Position numbers and translations under genes: made by a program. The notes under the pieces are model-generated. The model worked only from the letters and a program-made list of their open reading frames with translations, did not search any database and was not told the origin of the DNA. A stretch of DNA of 64,000 nt from the NCBI RefSeq assembly GCF_018350175.1, contig NC_058368.1:218862001-218926000 (forward strand), read 5' to 3'. This DNA is from Felis catus. Taxonomy: Eukaryota. Shown piece by piece: positions 38,046-50,534 of the stretch. Position 1 is the stretch's first letter. Every line of letters begins with the position of its first letter.

Positions 38046-41000
38046 TATTATTTTTGTAAAGCTTGTAATTTAACACAAATATTTACTACATATTTCTTAA
38101 ACAAATGACTGTAGAACAGATGATTCTAACTAGAATATAAAATAGATAATACTAATGTACTTTTGTTACATGACTGAATGTCGACTGGATAATTTTACCC
38201 AAATATTTGTTGGAACCCCCCCTTTTTTTGACTACTACTTCCTGGCATTTTCATATCACTAGTAAGGTATTACCCAAGCACATTATAATATTTAATTCCT
38301 TGGAAAAATATTTTGTAGATATTCAGTTTAATATCAATAATGTGTCCCCACCCCCACTTTGGTTATGAGCTGTTCAGCCTTGCATCTGTTGATTTGGCTT
38401 CCTTCTCGTCACCTTCATCTGTTCCAGCACATATCTTTGAGGATACAGACAGACAAATTTAGAGTTAGCACTCATTTCCCTAATCAATTTAGACAGTCCT
38501 CACAGAGAACAGAATCACAGAAAACATTTTAACAATTACTGAGAGAACAGAAGGTGGTAGATTATCAAATACTTCTTCTACCTTAGTTTGGAACAAAGCC
38601 ACTCAAGGAATGGGTTCCTCCAGCTTAGAAAACATGAACAAAAGAAAGGGAGGATAACTTTCACATAAGACAGAAAATAGTTTTTAAAACATCTTATTTC
38701 CCTGCCTTAACTTGCAAGGAAATTGCTATACTGTTAATGGTCTGTGAATCTTTAATTACAGATAAATGTTCATGTTAGTATCTGTCCTCTGGGCAAAAAT
38801 GCAAGCACATTACACCACAAGAGAAGCAAAGAAATGAATTTATGCTTTAATGAGCTGTGGAGTCTTATTATTCACCTAATATAAAATGACACTTTGACTT
38901 TGTACTGGAAACAAACTGGGAATATGAGGTCCAATTTGTATTCAGGGAATTTATTTACTCTGAAAATTTATCCAATGATAAGTTATTTTTTGTTTCACAT
39001 CTTGAAGACTTCCTTTTATTGCTTTTCCTTTCTATTTTTAATTAGTTTAAAGTAATTATTTGAAAATTCAACATTAATCTTCTCTCTACTCTGGAGGGAA
39101 ATTATTCATGGTAAAATCTCATGTTAGGTTTGTCATTTCACAGTGACACTGTGTGTTTTTCCATCTATATATGAACAAAAAAAATCAGACTTAACAATTG
39201 CCCAAAATGCTAATGGCCCGTCCATCTATCTAATCGAGCACTTTTCATTATGTAACATCACCAGATTTAATTGAGCATTTAATTCATAGTTTTTCACTCT
39301 TCTGATTACGTGGTGACTTATATGTAGTCCTCACACCAAAGCTAGAAGGTAATGTAGATTTAAATGGGACATCAAAACTCAAACCTTTTTAAAATAAGAA
39401 ATCAATATGTCCAGTAGATATGCTACTGTAATTCTTGTTACTTATGCCCCGAGTGTGATGCATGTTACGGGAGAGGAAAAATGATAGCAACAATGAACTT
39501 ATGGCTTAACAAATGAAGTTTACAAGCATTTATAACTATCATAATCTGGAAAATTAAATATTATTCAAAGGGCCACAGACATTAAGTAGCCAATCAAAGA
39601 TCTATTTCTATTAGAAGATAAAACTTACATTCCAAAGTTATAGTAACAGTTCTATAGTACAGATTATTATTTGCTTTTATTCAGCTTCAGGGAAAAAGGA
39701 ACATTTTTCATCTTCCTGAAACTTATTTGACAGCTGTTACAGCGATTTGCAACTTCAAATCTAAGTAAAGCAATGGAATTTTTGTAGTTTGCAGGGAGAA
39801 AGAAAATCAGGTCTGAGAAGCTAAAAATTAACAATATACTGGTTAAAGTGAATAGGATAAAGAAGGGTTTGAGGCTTTTGATGTTTTGTATATGGTATAG
39901 GTATTACCGTCTCCAGTTTGAAATTGAGAAGGATGAAGATCAGTGAGTGTAAGTAACTTTATTCATTCATTCAGAATGTATTACTGAGTAATTGTCTGCT
40001 ATGACTTGAGACTAGCTGTGATAAAATTGACCCATTCTAATCTCATGTAGCACCATAAAATAAAGAATCCCCAAAATGTTTACTTACTTTAAATTGTATT
40101 AAGTCCAAAAAAGAGAGATAGAAAGTGCTATGAGAAATATAGGATGGCTTTGATCTTGTGTGGATGTCAAGGAAAAAAAAATATGCAGAGAACTGCAGTT
40201 TAAGGGGTCACTTGAAAATTTGTATATTTACTAAAGTACATATGTTTATGTAATTGAAAGAGAAAGACAGAGGGAGGAGAAAGAGAGGGAAGAGAGAAAG
40301 AGAAAAAAAAGGAGACAGAGAGAGAGAAAGAATATTTACAGTATTTCTTCTCCCTGTGCATTCTGATCCAGTGAAAAATGGGCAGAGTGGCCAATTGAGA
40401 CTAAGTGCACAATTCATACTTCGTTTCTGCTGAAGGCAGAATGGACAAAATGGCTTCAACCAGGAAAATATACTTACTGTCTCTTCATCTTAAAGTTGAA
40501 TTGACTTAAGCACCTAGTTGAAGTGGAGGAAAATGATCCATAGGCACAGATTTCATATTATATTTGTAAGAGCACTATATCAATGTTCATGTGTATGATG
40601 AGTGAATTAATGTATAAAATATATTTTACTTTTGGAATGTATGAAAATAGTTCTTAAATACTAACATAATATATATAGTCATCATCTTATATGTATTCTA
40701 CTGTATTTCATCTTACTTCAACCACACACATTTACTGCTTCTGCTTTATAATCACCCCAAACTGAAATCTGTATTCTAGCTGCTTCTCTTTTCTTTATAT
40801 TATTCAGCAATCAAGTACTTTTCCTTCCCTTATTTGAATGGTAAGTACCAGTTAGAAACCAATGACTATTTAAATTTATTATATATCTATATTATTGTAT
40901 AGATATAGATATATTATATATATATATCACCTTTCCTCTTTCTCTAATTTTTCACCCTTAAATTTGATAAATTCTTGTCACTATCATTAGTTCCATCATA

Positions 41001-41529
41001 TATATGAAGCAACATGATTGTCAACGTATTAACCTCATTACATATACTTTACAAACGCTAACTAATTCTTTTCTTGAAACTTACATAAAATTTGCAAGCT
41101 CATTATGCTCACTTATGCTTCTAATCTGTCTATAAAAGATACATATGAACATTCTAGAAATTTTCTTGAAACAATGTAGCTTCTTATAGCAAATGAATAG
41201 CTGAATATATCTCAGAACTTAAATTCATAGTTTAATTGATTTATAGAAGAAATAAACATTGTAAATCATGCAGTGTATGCTAATATTGTCATTTTCTGCC
41301 TTAGAAAAAGACACAGTCTAAAAATATTTGAAATAAAAGAGATAAGGGAATTTCTTGAGAGCAAAGGAAATCATCAAAGTTTAAAATATGTAAGTTGAGC
41401 ATAGAGGAACATGGGCAGCCTTAAAAACATATTATTTTAATTTATTCTACATCTCCATGTCCATATTTTATTCATATTAAGCCTACTTTGCATTTTCTCT
41501 CCTCTTTTTAAAAATAATTTAAAATAACC

Positions 41530-41720
41530 ACTCATTTATTCATTCACCCAACAAATATTTATTAAATGATTACTGGTTCCAGGGAATTTTTCATGGGTTG
41601 TGGAAAGCTATGAAACAAAACACAGGAAACTTACATTCTAATGGGAAGATATACAAAAAATAAAAAGGTAAAACACATTGAATGTTAGTGATAAGAGATG
41701 AGAAAATTAAGCAAAAGGAG
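41530..41720 (-). mobile_element. L2 3' fragment
   Basis: catttattcattcacccaacaaatatttattaaatgattact...ggaaacttacattctaatggg. Confidence 0.65.
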
Positions 41721-41729
41721 CATATGGTT

Positions 41730-42281
41730 GTGGCAGGTGGTATTTTTCAAATATAGCCACAACTATATCACCCATCCTACATGCTGTTTTGCAATATGAT
41801 ATTACCACCTTGCCTAAAAGGCAGTGCTGGTCCACATCCTCATGAATCCTGGTCCGTCTGAGATTAATTTACCTAAAATAATAACAGCAGAAATGACAAT
41901 GGTGGTTTTGCAGCCAGGTTCACAATGAAGATTTCACTTTGTCCATTGGGACACCAGCTTTTGGAACTCTGTGCCACTGTAGAAAAAGTTTGATTATACT
42001 GCTAGCCTTATGCTGTGAGCAAGTACAGGGCATATGGATGAATGACTTGAAGGTCCTCTGAAAAATTTCATCTGCAGTCCTTGCTGAAAGGCAGATATAT
42101 GATGAAGGATACTTTGAGGATTATTTCAGTCCCTGGCCTTCAAGTCCCCACAGCTATAGTTAAACCAATCTAGTCTAGTCTAGACCTATCCAAATTCCTG
42201 ACCCATAGAATCTGTAAACTTAATAAATGGTGGTTCTGTGTACTATGTTTTGGAATGGTCTGTTACAATCGTAACTAGAGA
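41730..42281 (+). mobile_element. MaLR LTR (MLT1G/H-like)
   Basis: tgtggcaggtggtatttttcaaatatagccacaac...ccaaattcctgacccatagaatctgt...actatgttttggaatggtctgttac. Confidence 0.8.
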
Positions 42282-43026
42282 ATGGGGTCTTATAGTTTAG
42301 ACTATATGAGTAGAGAAGACTGAGATTTATGTAACATCCGTACTGCCTATTATGTAGCCAAGTGGAGTTGTCAGCAAAGGAGAAAGGATTTGAGTCTGAA
42401 GATTAGGGAAAAGGTTGAGGCTCAAGACAGACCTCTAGAAGTCCTTCCTTGGGAAATATTGGATAAAAATGGAGTGTTCTCAAAGTTCCTTTCTTACTTT
42501 TTTCAGTACCATTATACATATTCATAAAGCAAGCATGTTTTCCAAGAGCCAGAGTCTTTTTTCAATTGTATCCATAGGATGTGAGGTTGGATACTTCAAG
42601 ATTTTTGGTATTTCTTTTACACATAATTAAAATGTGCGTGATTTTAAACTTTTTGTTTTCTCCTTATATAAGTTTCAGTGTAAATTATTATGGTAGATCA
42701 CTACTTCAGATTCTTCTAATTTACTTAAGTCTCACTGCTCTTCAATTGAGGAGCAAATAAATAAGAATATTTACCTAAAGTGTCCATTTTAATTTACATT
42801 TGCTTGATTCTCACATGTAAGATTAAAATGCATAATTAACTCAGTATAAAAGCATATGCTATAAAATTATATTTACACATTAATTCAACAAATAGCCCTG
42901 ATTTCATAAAAGATAAAAACATGGAAAAATGCTCCTCAACATCAATAATACCCAATGGCAGTACAATGTTTGGTTTGCTGTTTTATATGTAAATTTAGGT
43001 TTTTTTCTTTTAAAAAGTACACCTTA

Positions 43027-43240
43027 GGGGCACCTGGATGGCTCAGTCTTTTAAGTGTGCAACTCTTGATTTTGTTTAGATCATAATCCTCTGGTGTGGT
43101 ACGTGAGTTCGAGCCCCGCCTGTGCTCTGCAATGACAGTGGGGAGACTGGAATTCTTTGTCTCCCTCTCTCTCTTCCCTTCCCTGGCTCACACACACACT
43201 CTCTCTCTCTCAACCTAAATTAAACTAAACTAAAATAAAA
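43027..43240 (+). mobile_element. Can-SINE (diverged)
   Basis: SINE head, (CT)n, A-rich tail; TSD about cacctta. Confidence 0.92.
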
Positions 43241-43265
43241 CATGCACCTTAAAATCATGAATGTA

Positions 43266-43432
43266 GGGGTGCCTGGGAGGCTCAGTTGGTTAAGCATCCA
43301 ACTTCAGCTCAGGTCATGATCTCATGGCTTGAGTTCAAGCCCCACATTGGGCTCTGTGTTTACAGCTCGGAGCCTGGAGCCTGTTTTGGATTCTGTGTCT
43401 CCTTGTCTCTGTGCCCCTGCCCCACTTGTGCG

Positions 43433-43470
<38 letters not shown>

Positions 43471-43490
43471 AGTAAATGAATTTTAAAAAG
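43266..43490 (+). mobile_element. Can-SINE
   Basis: TSD atcatgaatgta. Confidence 0.96.
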
Positions 43491-43939
43491 ATCATGAATG
43501 TAAAACCAATTTTTTCCACATAAGCAACAACAAAAAAGGTAATTAATAAATGATCATTAACTCTGTGGGACTTTATGATTTATATTATGTTAATCTATAC
43601 CAATATACTGCTCTATATATTTAAATAAGATGATTAAAATTAATGAATGGGGAAAAAGAGTAAATATTTTAATATTTAATCATCTCCCCCTACTTTGCAT
43701 GTTCTCTTGGTTATGATGACCTATGTTTCATATTTATCATGTTTTTAATATTTCTCATATATAACTTGTGGGGGTCTTTTCCATACATACATTACATGAT
43801 GGTATACATTCATATTTTCTATTTAGAACAAACTTTTATCATATGAAGAACAAAAACTTTAAGGTGAATTACAAATTTCTGTAGCATCACTATGGAATAT
43901 TTAGGGATTATAGGAATTGCTTTTCATAGGGCCTAGAGC

Positions 43940-44430
43940 ATTTAATTATTACTGTATAACAAACTATTCCCAAATCCTGTAGCTTAGAATGAACCGGTAT
44001 TTATTATTAGCTATATTGCCAGTGGCTTGCCATGGTTTTGTTGATTTAGATTGGGCCCAACTTACCTTGGTTGGACTTGTGCAGTGATTGGTGGTTGGCA
44101 GGCTCTGAAATCTGGTCTTCTCTTGGCTGGACTTGCATAGGGCACTTCAGCTAGTACTTCTCTGCTTCACTTGTCATTCATCCTCCTTTTAGGACCATCA
44201 GCCTAGCACAAGCCTCCTATGATTATGGGGATGTCTGAAGCTCAAAAGCTTGTATGCCCAATCTTGCAAAAGCTTTTCAGGACACTGGGTGCCCTGCTGG
44301 TGTCAAGGACATATTGACCTAACTAAGCAAGCCACCAGCCGAGCCCACAGTGGGATAGCATTGAAAACTTACACAGAAAAGTGCACGGATAGAGGGAGTG
44401 GTGAGGAAACTGGACCATTAGTACAAACTA
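43940..44430 (-). mobile_element. MaLR LTR (MLT1H/I-like)
   Basis: tattactgtataacaaactattcccaaa...tcatcctccttttaggaccatcagcctagc...gatagagggagtggtgagg. Confidence 0.65.
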
Positions 44431-45084
44431 AAGAAGTTAGTGGTCCAAATTCCGTTTAGTCTTCCAAATTCTTCCTGTCCAACTGGTCCCCAATATTGTT
44501 TCCAGTGTCATATATATATAATTGTTTTTCTTCCTATAAATATTACAAAAATTGCATTTGAGCACTGAAGTGTAAATGATTCACAAAAATTAATATAATG
44601 TACCCCACAGTTAATTCCACTTTACCATTTATGAGTGTTTATTACAGTTATGAAAGTAAAGGTTTAGAAATCAGCTAGTGAGTTATGAAAGGTTTGGGAA
44701 TTAAGATAGTCTTATTAACCACTCCTCATGCCCTTCTGCTGTGCACAAATCATGTCTTATTTATCAACTGCTAAAAATTACATCTTGAAATCAGGTTTTG
44801 TTGACTTTGTTTATTAAGCAAATCATGATAAAAACAAAACATACACAAGGTAGACATTATTTTAATTATTATCAATTTTTGGTCACAGTGACAAAATATA
44901 AACAAAGCAAAAATTCTGGCATTACGTATGTTAGCATTTAGTAATTCATAAATTTAAAAATGGAAACAAATTTGTTTTAAAAATATATAACCCGCAAAGT
45001 TTATATGGCACAACAAATCAACAAATTGAATCCTAAAAGAACTTTAGGACTGCCCATCTTTAATATAATTTACTGCATATCAAG

Positions 45085-45725
45085 TGTCATGAGCATGCTG
45101 TTGAAGGCAGGCACACAACTTATGTCATTCCTCAGTGTCAGCTTTATTTAATACATAAAGCAAGGTTAACATGATAAGAAAGCAGGTTTAGGATTCCAAA
45201 CTCAATGACATTTCACCACATGTGTTTAACTTGTCTTCCTACACATCACACAAAGCAAAGCACAGGGCATGTCCTAACAAAGACAATAGAATAGATAGAA
45301 GATAGAATAGAGGTAAGGACACTGAGCAACCAAACACAAAGTCGGTCTGTGAGCACGCAGTTGAGATAAGACCTTTGTCCGGTCCAGGTCAGCTAGCTCT
45401 CAGCACTTACTGCTTATCATGTTCAAGCAGTGAAGGATCTCAGTTCTGTTAGATCATTTGGGCAGAGCCTTCTTGGGCAGCTGCCTCTTTAAAGTGGTCA
45501 GACATAGAGAGGGGTCAGTGTTTGAGGAGTCTGACAGTTTCCTGCAAAAATCCTCTCTTTTTTAAGGGTTTAATCAGTCTTGGGCCTTTGCAGACTCCTC
45601 TGTTTCTGCTGGTTGTCAGTTTTGAGTGTGTCATCAGCTAGTGCGATGTCCTCAGCTGCTTGCATCATTGCTTGACACAGGTCCCTGCTTGACATGGGTG
45701 ACTCCATCTTGCTCTCTGCATCACA
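45085..45725 (-). mobile_element. Probable ERV1-class solo LTR
   Basis: Minus strand starts TGTGATGCAGAGAGCAAGATGGAGTCAC, has AATAAA near its end (plus tttatt at 45143) and ends ...ACA; GC-richer than flanks; no clean TSD seen. Confidence 0.6.
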
Positions 45726-46730
45726 TGCCTAAAATTTTGAATAATTATGTTACTCTCTAATTAGCATAATAATACTAATGTTCCTAGAGGCCAGGTTTCC
45801 ATGGCTGAATAATGTATTTTCTATTTTTAGTGGATTATTTGTCATTTTTAAGTATTTTTTCCAACGATAAGAAAATATGATAGATTTACTCTGCCTTATA
45901 CTATTTACTAGATGTCTCTGAGGCATAGTTTAGAGATGCACTATGTGCAGTAGATGTATAAATGATTTGTTTACATTACTCTATATAAATGATTTGTTTG
46001 CTTAATGTCTTGGAAATCATTTGATGTATTATGGTTACTGATTCTGTTGTCATCAGATTACTACAATAAACAAGATCTGTATCTAATTTGGTCTGCTCTT
46101 AGCTTGTCTAAACCAAATGCAAGTGTTTTTATCGCCATTCTTTTTATATTATCAATTTCATATGAATGTGTCACATTTTAGATCATTTAATTTCTCCTTA
46201 TTAAATATTATGCTTAAAATTATGAAATATTTCAAACAAGAAAAAGTGGAACATAACATAAAAATATCTGTGCATACCCTACCAAAATGTAAGAAAAGTT
46301 AATAGCATTTTGCCACATTTGCATCAGACCTATTATTTGGAAAGTAAACATTATAAATGACACAGCGCTTTCTTTGGCTGCTCAATGATCCTTCATTGGG
46401 GCACTATCCTGATCTTAGTGTTTATATTATGAATTGGAATTATAATATTTTAACTATATATATGAATAAATTATATACAACATATAATGTTTTGCTACTT
46501 TCATGTGTAAATATAAAAGCATCTATAAATGTGATTATTGTAACTTAATGGCTTTCCTCATAATTTTGTGTTCTAGGTTGACCTATGTTTATTAACTAAA
46601 AAAAATTCATTTTATGAGCAACCCGTTTGTTTTGTCCATTTCCCAGTTGATAGGAGCCATGATTTTTCTAGTATATCTAGAACTAGATTTGTTTAGTTTT
46701 ATGACATGAAATCATTCACATTTACTGGCT

Positions 46731-47228
46731 ATATTAGTTATTAATCATTGTGTTATAAATTTCTGCCATGCCTAGCTCCTTAAATGAATAAACACTCATT
46801 TTCTCACAGTTTTTGTGGGTGAGGAATCCCAACATGGCTGAGCTGGGTCCTCAGATACCTCTAGGCTTCTCACAAGACCACAGTCATCTGTCACATCTGT
46901 GACAGGCATGACAGAGGATGGATCTGCATCCAAGCTCACTACACAGTGTTTGGCAGGACAATCGTATATGTTGAATTAAGGGCCCAGATTCGTTACTGGC
47001 TGTTGATGGAAAGCCAATGGCAACACTGTTCACCAGGCAGATAAGAGTATGGCAGCTGACTTGATGAAACCGAGCAAAGGGGAGATCCTAACGTTTGTAA
47101 TCTAAATTCAGAAGTCTAAACTCTGTAACATCCTATCACTTTTGATGTTACAAGGAAAGGGGATCACAAAAAGGAATGGATACCCAGTGATGAATTTATA
47201 GGGAACTATTTTACAAGCTACCAACCAT
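46731..47228 (-). mobile_element. MaLR LTR (MLT1E/F-like)
   Basis: tctcacagtttttgtgggtgaggaatcc...ggctgagctgggtcctc...ggatctgcatccaagctcact...ggatcacaaaaaggaatggataccc. Confidence 0.8.
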
Positions 47229-47239
47229 GCTTATTTTTA

Positions 47240-48577
47240 GTAAAAATGCACAGGTTTTCCTTTTCTCCACATCCTTGTCGACACTTCTCATCTCTTCTCT
47301 TTTGGATGATAAGCATTGTAAAATATTTGAAGTGATACCTCATTGTGGTTTTGATTTACATTTCCATGATCGTTAATGATATTGAGCATGTTTTCATGTA
47401 CTTGTTGGTAATTTGGATGTCAGTTTTAGGAAATAGGTCTATTCACGTTCTCTGACCATTTTTAATGGGATGACTTGTTTGTTTTTGTTAATGAGTTATA
47501 GGAGTTCTTTATATATTTTGAATATTAATCCCTTATCTGATAAATGGTTTCAAGTATTTCTCCCAATCTATAGGTTGCCTTTTCTTTTTGTTGACTTTTG
47601 CTATGCAGAGACTTTTATGTTTGATGTAGTCTCACTTACTTATTTCTGCTTTTGTTTTTTGGCTTTGGTCTCATACTCAAAAAATTATTTCTCAGAGCAA
47701 TGTCAAGGAGCTTTTTCTGTTTTTTTCTTGTAGGAGTTTAATGGTATCAGGACTTATTTTTAAGTCTTTAATCCATTTTGAGTTAGCATTTGTGAGTGGT
47801 GTTAGAGGTCTAGTTTATTTATTTATTTTTTAATATGTTCATTCAATTTTCCCAACACCATTTGTTGAAGAGACTATGTTGTTACATAGTTTTATTTTTT
47901 CCCCGATGTTTTATTATTAATGTATAGAAATACAACTGATCCCTGCATGTTGATTTTTTACCCTTTATTCAATTTGTTAATTAGTTCCAACTTTATTTAT
48001 GTATTTATGTATTTATTTATCTACCTATCTATCTGTCTATTTAGTTTAGTCTTCAAGACATTTTGCATATGTGCATAAGGTCATATCATCAGCAAATAGC
48101 AATTTGACTTTTTCCTTTTGAACTTGAATGTCTTTTATTACTTTTCTTGACTAATTGCTCTAGCTAGAACTTCCAGTACAGTGAATAACAGCGGTAAGGG
48201 TGGTTCCCATGTTTTGTTTCTGGTATTAAAGGAAAGCTTTCAGTGTTTTACTAGAGTATGATGTTAAGTTGGGTTCGTCATATATGGCCTTTATCATGAT
48301 GAGATTTGTTCCTTCTATACCCAATTTACTGAGGGTTTTTCACATAAAATGATGTATTTTGTCCAAAAAATTTTTTCTGTATCTATTGAGATGATTGTAT
48401 GCTTTTTGTCTTACATTTTATTAGATGTGTCACATTTATTTATTTTCATATATTGAACAATTTTTGAATCCTAGTAATAGACTCCACTTGTTCCTCATGC
48501 AGTGTTTTTAATATGCTGGTGGATTAGGTTTGCAAAATTTTGCTGTGAAATTTTGCATCTGTATTCATCAAGGATAT
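47240..48577 (-). mobile_element. L1 ORF2 fragment (non-inverted part of a 5'-inverted L1)
   Basis: Antisense ORF2 motifs ending ...ttttgcatctgtattcatcaaggatat. Confidence 0.88.
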
Positions 48578-48597
48578 GATAGGCTACAAAGCAAGTC

Positions 48598-48802
48598 TTT
48601 TTTTTTTTGTAATGTTTATTTATTTTTGAGAGACAGAGAGAGAGACAGAGAGAGAGAGAGAGACAGAGAGACAGAGAATGCACAGGCTTCAGGCTCTGAG
48701 CTGTCAGCACAGAGCCCCACACAGGGCTCAAACACATGAACCACCAGATAATGAGCTGAGCCGAAGTCAGATGCTTACCTGACTGTGTCACCCAGGCGCC
48801 CC
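48598..48802 (-). mobile_element. Can-SINE with internal deletion
   Basis: TSD ctacaaagcaagtctt / ctacaaaacaaatctt. Confidence 0.95.
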
Positions 48803-49274
48803 TACAAAACAAATCTTATCAAATTTAAGAAAATTGAAATAATTCTAAGTATAATTCATGACCAAGATGGTAAGAAACTAGAAATCAACAGCAACAAATA
48901 AGTTGAAATGAAATAACACACTCCTGACAAGCCAGTGGGTCAAAGAAGAAAAAAAAAAACAGGTATCTCAAAAAAATGGAAACACAGTATACTAAAACCT
49001 ATAGGATGCTGTAAAGCCATACTGAGAGGAAAGTTAAAGTGATAAATACATATATTAAGACATTACAAAGATCTCAAATAACAACCTAACATTACACCTC
49101 AAAAACTAGAAAAGGAAGAGTAAACTAAGCCCAAAGTTATCAAAAGGAGGGAAAAAATGAAGATCAGAGCAGAAGTAAATGAAATAGACAACATAAAAAT
49201 AGGAAAAACATCAGTGACACTAGAAGATAATTTTTCAGAAAGGTAAAGAAAACTGATAAAACTTTAGCTAGATT

Positions 49275-49500
49275 GGGGCACCTTGGTGGCTCAGTCGGTT
49301 AAGCGTCCAACTTCTGCTCAGGTCATGATCTGAAGTTCTTTAGTTTGAGCCCCACATCAGGCTCTGCGCTGACAGCTTCGAGCCTGCTTCAGATTCTGTG
49401 TCTCGCTCTCTCTCTGCCCCTCTCCCACTCATGCTCTGTCTCTGTTTCTCTCTCTCTCTCTCTCTCTCTCAAAAATAAACATTAAAAAAATTTTTTAAAA
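49275..49500 (+). mobile_element. Can-SINE
   Basis: TSD about ctttagctaga / ctttagataga. Confidence 0.96.
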
Positions 49501-50142
49501 AGCTTTAGATAGAATAACTAAGAAAAAAGAAGACTGAACTAAAATCAGAAATGAAAGATACGATATTGTAATTGTATTGTAATTGAAAGACACGATATTG
49601 TAGTTCTGAACTAAAATCAGAAATGAAAGATATGATATTGTAATTGATTTGTATTGTATTGAAATACAAAGAATCATAAAAGATTACTATGTACTATACA
49701 CCAACAAATTGGACATCCTAGACAGAATAGACACCTTGCTAGAAACAAACAATTAACCAAGAACAAACCAGAAAGAAACACAAAATCTGAACAAACCAAT
49801 AACAATAAGATTGAATTAATAATTAAAAGCCTCTCAAGGTAGAAAAGCCAAGGGTCAGGTTTCACTGGTGAATTCTATCAAATATTTAAAGAATTAATGG
49901 TAATCTTTCTTAAATTCTTCCAAAAAATTGAGGAGGAGGGAACACTTTCAAATGCATTTTATGATGTCATCATTACCCTGATATCAAAACCAGATAACAA
50001 CACAAGAAAAGAAAACTATGGGCCAATATTTATGATTGCTTTAAATTTTAACCTCCTCAACACCATATAAAAAAATCACCTTAACTCCATTTTTTTATAA
50101 ATTCAGTATAGATTTATAATTTTTCCAATGGATTGTTAAGTA

Positions 50143-50341
50143 TTTTTTAAATATTTATTTTTAGAGAGAGAGAGAAAGAGGGACGGTTAGGGGCAGAGAG
50201 AGAGAGTGGGGGGGGGAGGGAGAGAATCCCCAGCAAGCTTTGCACTTTTCAGCACTGTGAGGCTCGATCTCATGAACCCTGTGAGATCACGGCCTGAGCC
50301 AAAACCAAGAGACACTTAACCAACTGAGCAACCCAGATTCC
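50143..50341 (-). mobile_element. Can-SINE (diverged)
   Basis: Antisense SINE; TSD about gattgttaagtattt / gattactaaatattt. Confidence 0.9.
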
Positions 50342-50534
50342 TGCAGATTACTAAATATTTAGGGGTTTATTTTACATACATTATCAGTGTAGTCTGTAAT
50401 TTTTCTGTTTATTTACTTTTTCAATCCCCTTTGCTGTGAATTATCAGTTTTACTTTGTTTAACCATTTTCAACATGGTTTACTTATATTTTTGATTTGCC
50501 CAATATTTCTCTATTATCCCAATAGTAATGTTTT

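Larger units (their letters stand above)
48578..50029 (+). mobile_element. L1 ORF2 fragment (inverted 5' part), interrupted by two SINEs
   Basis: Sense ORF2 motifs aaatttaagaaaattgaaat...aaactagaaatcaac...ttcactggtgaattctatcaaatatttaaag...aagaaaactatgggccaatat. Confidence 0.9.

Noticed and set aside
40880..40927. AT-rich quasi-palindrome (similar one at 52400-52450)
   Set aside because: Expected by-product of degenerate (TA)n tracts.
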